Of a stretch of 25,981 nt of DNA, positions 21,537 through 25,981 are shown one piece after another. The translations under genes and the position numbers were made by a program. Positions within the stretch are counted from its first letter, which is position 1, and each line of letters begins with the position of its first letter. This DNA is from Polyangiales bacterium (GTDB taxonomy: Bacteria; Myxococcota_A; Polyangia; Polyangiales; Houyiibacteriaceae): NCBI GenBank assembly GCA_049669945.1, contig JBATLA010000163.1, forward strand, positions 1-25,981, in the 5' to 3' direction. Under the pieces are notes generated by a model. That model was not told the DNA's origin, did not search any database, and was given only the letters and a program-made list of their open reading frames with translations.

Positions 21537-22727
21537 TTAGATGAAGAAGTCCGTGTTCTTCTGGCCAAAGAGGACCCCACCCATGTTCGCCGCAGGCCCG
21601 TCGGGCCCGTTCGCGTGGTGCAAGCGTATTGCGTGAGCGTCTTGGAAGTGGCGGTTGATCGGATGATCTTCGAAGGCTGCTCGGGCACCGCACGCCACGA
21701 AGAGCTGTTCGACGACCTCGGTGGCAACGCGCACGGCACGCGCCGAGTCGTTGCGGAAGTGTACGCGTCGGTCGAGCGGGATCTTTTCGCCCGCGTTGAG
21801 GTAGCCAAACATCTCGTCGAAGTTGCGGCGAAGCGTGAGCACCTCGCGATCCAGCGCCGCAGTGGCTTCGGCGGCGACGAGGCTATTCGTGAACGAGTCC
21901 TTCGCCTTCCCACCAGTCGCCTGTGAGACCTTCGACTTCATGAAATCGATGTACGCGTCGAGCGCCCCGAAGGCTGCGGCGACCGCCGGGGTCGACACGG
22001 AACGCACGTGAATTTGGCCGAACGGGTACTTGTAGACCGGCGACGCATTGACGTCGTTGCCCGGGCTCTGCTGACGAAATCCGTCGGAGAACTTGTGCAT
22101 CCTATGGTCCGGGACGAACGCACCATCGACGACGACATCCTTACTTCCGGATCCACGAAGACCTGAGGTGTGCCAGTTGTCGATGATCTCGTAGTCCGAA
22201 CGAGGGACGAGGAAGGTACGCATGTCAGGGGGCTTCCCTTCCTCCGTCGGCACGAAGCCGCCGAGGAAGACCCACTCGCAATGGTCACAACCGCTCGAAA
22301 ACGACCAACGGCCGCTCAGTTTGACCCCACCATCGACCCACTCGGTCTCCGCAACCGGCATGTACGAAGACGAAATTAATGTCGTCGGGTCGGCACCCCA
22401 TACTTCGTCTTGCGCCTTCGGATCAAAGAGCGCGAGCTGCCACGAATGAACGTTGAGAACGCCGTAGACCCATGCGCTCGACGCACACCCCCGGCCAAGC
22501 TCGAGTTGAAGATCGAAGATGATCGACGGGTCCATCTCGTAGCCGCCGAATCGTCTTGGCTGCACGACCTTGAAGAAACCGAGGCGATGGAAATCCTCGA
22601 TGGTCTCATCCGGCATGCGACGAAGCTCCGCGGTCTTCTTGGCGCGCTGTTGCAAGGTCGGAGCGAGGCCCCGTGCACGCTCGATGAGCTCTTCGCGACT
22701 CGGGATGGGGTTCTGATCTCCGTCCAT
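21537..22727 (-). CDS. hsaA: Two-component flavin-dependent monooxygenase, oxygenase subunit, HsaA-like (3-HSA 4-hydroxylase family)
   Basis: QPRRFGGYE, CASSAWV...VHSWQLALFD..AQDEVWG.DP.T.ISSSY.P, W.FSSGCDH, FLVPRSDY.I.D.W...GLRGSGS, R.FQDAH, as recalled for HsaA. The start at 22727 has SD GGAGA (396 aa); alternative start 22781. Confidence 0.78.
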   Translation of the reverse strand: MDGDQNPIPSREELIERARGLAPTLQQRAKKTAELRRMPDETIEDFHRLGFFKVVQPRRFGGYEMDPSIIFDLQLELGRGCASSAWVYGVLNVHSWQLALFDPKAQDEVWGADPTTLISSSYMPVAETEWVDGGVKLSGRWSFSSGCDHCEWVFLGGFVPTEEGKPPDMRTFLVPRSDYEIIDNWHTSGLRGSGSKDVVVDGAFVPDHRMHKFSDGFRQQSPGNDVNASPVYKYPFGQIHVRSVSTPAVAAAFGALDAYIDFMKSKVSQATGGKAKDSFTNSLVAAEATAALDREVLTLRRNFDEMFGYLNAGEKIPLDRRVHFRNDSARAVRVATEVVEQLFVACGARAAFEDHPINRHFQDAHAIRLHHANGPDGPAANMGGVLFGQKNTDFFI

Positions 22728-22799
22728 TCTGCTGTCTCCGGGCGTCGTGGGCTCAGTGGCCAAAGCTGTTGGGTAGGTCATGGATTCACCGCTTTACTT

Positions 22800-22828
22800 A
22801 TTGTAACCCGCAGGCCATAAACTAGAAC
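22800..22828 (-). promoter_or_regulatory. Putative promoter of the hsaA operon
   Basis: Minus-strand TACAAT (-10) at 22800-22805. The -35 position falls within the palindrome at 22822-22837 and is a poor consensus match (TTCTAG/GTTCTA). Confidence 0.5.
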
Positions 22829-22837
22829 GTGTTCTAG
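22822..22837. promoter_or_regulatory. KstR-type (TetR) operator palindrome CTAGAACGTGTTCTAG
   Basis: 7-bp perfect arms around a 2-nt centre. The core TAGAACGTGTTCTA matches the KstR consensus TnnAACnnGTTnnA and lies upstream of an hsaA-like operon. Confidence 0.8.
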
Positions 22838-22913
22838 CCCACGAACTGGGGCATGTCCAGCTGACTCGTGCAAACATAGGGCACACTCTGGGACGCTGAA
22901 AGGACCCAAATTC

Positions 22914-23783
22914 ATGCCGATACCGAATGGGCTCAGGGCCATCGACCTGATGATGAACATCCCCGACGGCGACCCGACCGCCTGGTACGAGTTCATCAAG
23001 CCGCTGCTGCTCGACGAGGAGAGCCGCAAGGTCTTCAAGATGCCGGCCCAATACATGTTCAAGGACATCCCGGAGATCGGCGAGGAGAAAGACTATGTCC
23101 AGTACGCGATCAACGAGATGGATAAGTGGGGTATCGAACAGTCCATGCTGGGGATTTCCGGGCCGAACTCCGCCAACCTCGAGGCTTGCAAGAAGTACCC
23201 CGACCGCTTCTTTCCCTCCTACGGCGCAAACCCCAACAACGGAATGGAGGAGGTCCGGAAGATCCGAAAGCTCCATGAAGAGCATGGCCTCAAGGCGGTC
23301 ACCGGCTTCCCGTCGGGCCTGTGCCCCCAGGTGCCACTGAACGACAAGAAGTACTACCCGATCTACGCGACATGCGTTGACCTGGACATTCCGATCTGCC
23401 TCTGTGTGGGCGTCCCCGGGCCCCGGATCCCGATGGAGCCACAAAAAGTAGAGCACATCGATGAGGTCTGTTGGTTCTTCCCCGAGCTCAAGTTCGTGAT
23501 GCGCCACGGCGGCGAGCCATGGGTCGACCTGGCCGTCAAGCTGATGATCAAGTACCCGAACCTGTACTACAGCACGAGCGCGTTCGCGCCGAAGCACTAC
23601 CCGAAGGCAATCATCCAGTACGCCAACACGCGCGGTGCCGACAAGATCATGTACGCCGGCTACTTCCCCATGGGCCTCTCGCTGGAACGGATCTTCACTG
23701 AGATGCAAAACGTTCCGTTCAAGGACGAGGTGTGGCCCAAGTTCCTTCGGGAAAACGCCAAACGCGTCTTCAAGCTCGGCTAA
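22914..23783 (+). CDS. Amidohydrolase family protein (Amidohydro_2-like), substrate unknown
   Basis: YPDRF, YYPIYATC..LDIPI, FFPELKFVMRHGGEPW, KYPNLYYSTSA, G.DKIMY, ENAKRVF; SD AAAGGA. Confidence 0.82.
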   Translation: MPIPNGLRAIDLMMNIPDGDPTAWYEFIKPLLLDEESRKVFKMPAQYMFKDIPEIGEEKDYVQYAINEMDKWGIEQSMLGISGPNSANLEACKKYPDRFFPSYGANPNNGMEEVRKIRKLHEEHGLKAVTGFPSGLCPQVPLNDKKYYPIYATCVDLDIPICLCVGVPGPRIPMEPQKVEHIDEVCWFFPELKFVMRHGGEPWVDLAVKLMIKYPNLYYSTSAFAPKHYPKAIIQYANTRGADKIMYAGYFPMGLSLERIFTEMQNVPFKDEVWPKFLRENAKRVFKLG

Positions 23784-25897
23784 CGCCGTAGGAAGAAGGC
23801 CTGAAACGGGTAGCGGACGAAATCCGGCGGCACGAACTGCTTGGTGGCGTCTTCTACTCGGAAGCGGCTCTGCAAACCGGGGTCCATCTCGAAGCCTCGA
23901 GCGTGGGTGGTGAAGAGGAGCTCTCCCCTTCCATCGAGGTTCCGCATGGCGTACTCGATGAGTGACTTGTGATCCTTGTGGATGTTGAAGGCGCCCTTGC
24001 TCATCTTGGAGCGGGAGAAGGTGGGCGGGTTGATGAAGATCCAATCGAAGCTGTTTCGGTTCTTCGCGATCCAGCGGGTGGCATCGTCGCGAAAGAAGCG
24101 ATGCTTGGAATGGTCGAGGTTGTTGGCTTCGTAGTTCCTCTTGCCCCAGTCGAGGTAGGTATTGGATAGATCGACGCTCGTGGTTTGTTTCGCGCCGCCC
24201 ACAGCCGCGGCGACGCTCACCGAGCACGTGTAGGCAAAGAGGTTGAGCATGCGGAGCCCCCTGCAACGCTCGGCGGCATAGGCACGAACGATTCGATGAT
24301 CCAGAAAGAGCCCCGTATCGATGCGGTCCTCGAGGTTCACGATGAAGCGCAAATCGCCCTCGCTGACGATCAGATCGGACTCCTCCTGTGCGATGCGTGC
24401 GTACTGATCACCTTCGTCGTGCTTTCGCCTGACCTTGACCACCAAGTCGACGGCTTCGATTCCGAGAGCCTCCGGGAGCGTCAAGAGGACGTCTTGCACG
24501 CGCTGCTTGGCGTCCTGGTCCTGCGCATCGCGCTCTTTTTGGAAGATGTGAACGACCGCCTTCGATGCGTATCGGTCGACCGCGACGTTGTACTCGGGAA
24601 TGTCGGCATCGTAGATACGGTAGCATTCGACCCCGTTCTTCTTGGCCCAGCGACTCCACTTCTTCTTGTTCTTCTTCACGCGGTTGGCGAACATCTCCGC
24701 CTTCTTGCTGGGCTTCCGCCACGCCGGCCCGACAGCTGCCTCACCACCTGCGACGGCGCGAATCGGGATCTCCGCGAGCCTGCACTCGATCGCGCCGTTG
24801 TAGAGGACGTGGCGGCGAACAGGCCGGAGCCCGAGGTCCTTGAGGTTGCCTTGCGGCGCAAGCACGTAGGCCGTCCACCCATCGAAGACACGCTTCAAGA
24901 CGTCGCCGAGCGATTGGTAGAAGAGGAACATGCTTCCTTCATCTCCGAGCCGGTGACCATACGGGGGATTGCAAACGACGAGCCCATGCTCCGCTGGTTT
25001 CTCCGCCGCAGAGAGTTCTTTCAGTGCAAGCGAGACGTGCTGATCGACGCCCGCGGCCTGAAGGTTCTCCCTCGCGTTCGCAAGGGCTGCTACCGACGCA
25101 TCGAGCCCAAAGATCGGCGCCGGACACTCCACCTTCCTTGCCGCCTGCGCGTTGGAGAGCTCCTTGTCGAAGGCAGACGCATCGTGCCGCAGCCAGCTTT
25201 CAAAGCCGAAGTGGTTTCGCAGGAGGCCGGGGGCGCAGCCCGTCGCCATCAACGCCGCCTCGATCAAAAACGTGCCGGACCCACAGGTGGGATCCATGAG
25301 CGGAAGTCCTTGGCGTGCGGCCTCCGGCCACTTCCCGAGGTAGAGGATCGCCGCCGCGAGGTTCTCCTTCAGGGGAGCCTTGCCTCCCGACTGCCGGTAT
25401 CCGCGCCGATGCAACGCCTCACCGGAGAAATCGAGAGAGAGCTCGTGGTGTCGCTCCCCGATGTGCAGGTGGAAGCGAAGCGCTGGGTTTCTCTTGTCGA
25501 CGCTCGGTCGTCGGCCCGAATGCTCGCGAAAGCCGTCGACGATCGCATCCTTGGCCCGTTGAACCCAGTAGTGCGATGGAAAGGGGCTCTTCGGCGCCTG
25601 CGAACTACCGATCGCGAACGTCTTACTGGGGTCGAAGTGCGTCCACCATTCAACCCCGCGTAAGGCGTCGTAGAGCGCCGTGTCATTTTCGGCGTCGATC
25701 TCCACCAAGGGAAGCAGGACGCGTGAAGCGACCCTGGACCAAAGACAAAGCCTGTAACCCTCTTGCAACCCACCCCGGGCATGCACGGCCGTAGGCCGCA
25801 CGTCGGCGACCTCGATGTCGAGCGCGCGTACCTCTTCGGCTAGCACCTCCTCGCATCCCTTGGGGCAAGGAAGCACCCACCGAAATCGTTGCGGCAT
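23780..25897 (-). CDS. rlmKL: Bifunctional 23S rRNA m2G2445 / m7G2069 methyltransferase
   Basis: CLWSRVASRVL, THUMP region, LHRRGYR, APLKENLAAAIL, DPTCGSGT, NPPYG, MFANR..KN, CYRIYDADIPEY, DTGLFLDHR, LNLFAYT, SVDLSNTYL.W, PPTFS; 705 aa, the expected fused length. Confidence 0.93.
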   Translation of the reverse strand: MPQRFRWVLPCPKGCEEVLAEEVRALDIEVADVRPTAVHARGGLQEGYRLCLWSRVASRVLLPLVEIDAENDTALYDALRGVEWWTHFDPSKTFAIGSSQAPKSPFPSHYWVQRAKDAIVDGFREHSGRRPSVDKRNPALRFHLHIGERHHELSLDFSGEALHRRGYRQSGGKAPLKENLAAAILYLGKWPEAARQGLPLMDPTCGSGTFLIEAALMATGCAPGLLRNHFGFESWLRHDASAFDKELSNAQAARKVECPAPIFGLDASVAALANARENLQAAGVDQHVSLALKELSAAEKPAEHGLVVCNPPYGHRLGDEGSMFLFYQSLGDVLKRVFDGWTAYVLAPQGNLKDLGLRPVRRHVLYNGAIECRLAEIPIRAVAGGEAAVGPAWRKPSKKAEMFANRVKKNKKKWSRWAKKNGVECYRIYDADIPEYNVAVDRYASKAVVHIFQKERDAQDQDAKQRVQDVLLTLPEALGIEAVDLVVKVRRKHDEGDQYARIAQEESDLIVSEGDLRFIVNLEDRIDTGLFLDHRIVRAYAAERCRGLRMLNLFAYTCSVSVAAAVGGAKQTTSVDLSNTYLDWGKRNYEANNLDHSKHRFFRDDATRWIAKNRNSFDWIFINPPTFSRSKMSKGAFNIHKDHKSLIEYAMRNLDGRGELLFTTHARGFEMDPGLQSRFRVEDATKQFVPPDFVRYPFQAFFLRR

Positions 25898-25981
25898 GGA
25901 AATCGCGGCCGCCTACCCTGCGAGCAGTAGTTGTGTCGCCTTGTCCGTATCCGCAAGGACTTGGGGAACGTCGTGCAACCC

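Noticed and set aside
22794..25663. Long antisense ORFs (22794-24266 minus, 24185-25663 plus) and similar overlapping ORFs across the window
   Set aside because: They are shadow frames of well-supported genes in GC-rich DNA and contain no recognisable motifs.
25898..25981. Possible promoter or start of the next gene at the window end
   Set aside because: Too short, with no convincing promoter, SD or ORF to support a call.

Overview
GC-rich bacterial chromosomal window (lineage not determinable here; the gene mix would fit a Myxococcota-like organism, which is inference only) with five blocks. (1) A 5'-truncated tetra-CXXCH tandem di-heme oxidoreductase (DHOR-type) gene. (2) A branched-chain amino acid operon ilvB-ilvN-ilvC-leuA-leuC-leuD-cimA-leuB followed by malic enzyme. 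It is preceded by a sigma70-like promoter, a Val/Leu/Ile-rich leader peptide with a complete attenuator, and an unexplained second terminator. (3) A 1.5-kb module holding an intact REP-associated tyrosine transposase (RAYT, HUH/Y1) and a DJ-1/PfpI gene, delimited by three copies of a 66-bp repeat ending TGTCCCC. The ~110 nt outward of each TGTCCCC end show a strong, orientation-dependent G/T skew at codon third positions. (4) A minus-strand steroid/aromatic catabolic operon (hsaA-like monooxygenase, hydratase, acylating aldehyde dehydrogenase, aldolase, paired acyl-CoA dehydrogenases, SDR), divergent from an amidohydrolase, with a perfect KstR-type operator between them. (5) rlmKL. The most promising novel signals are the RAYT/repeat module with its flanking mutational footprint, the KstR-type box and the double-terminator ilv leader.
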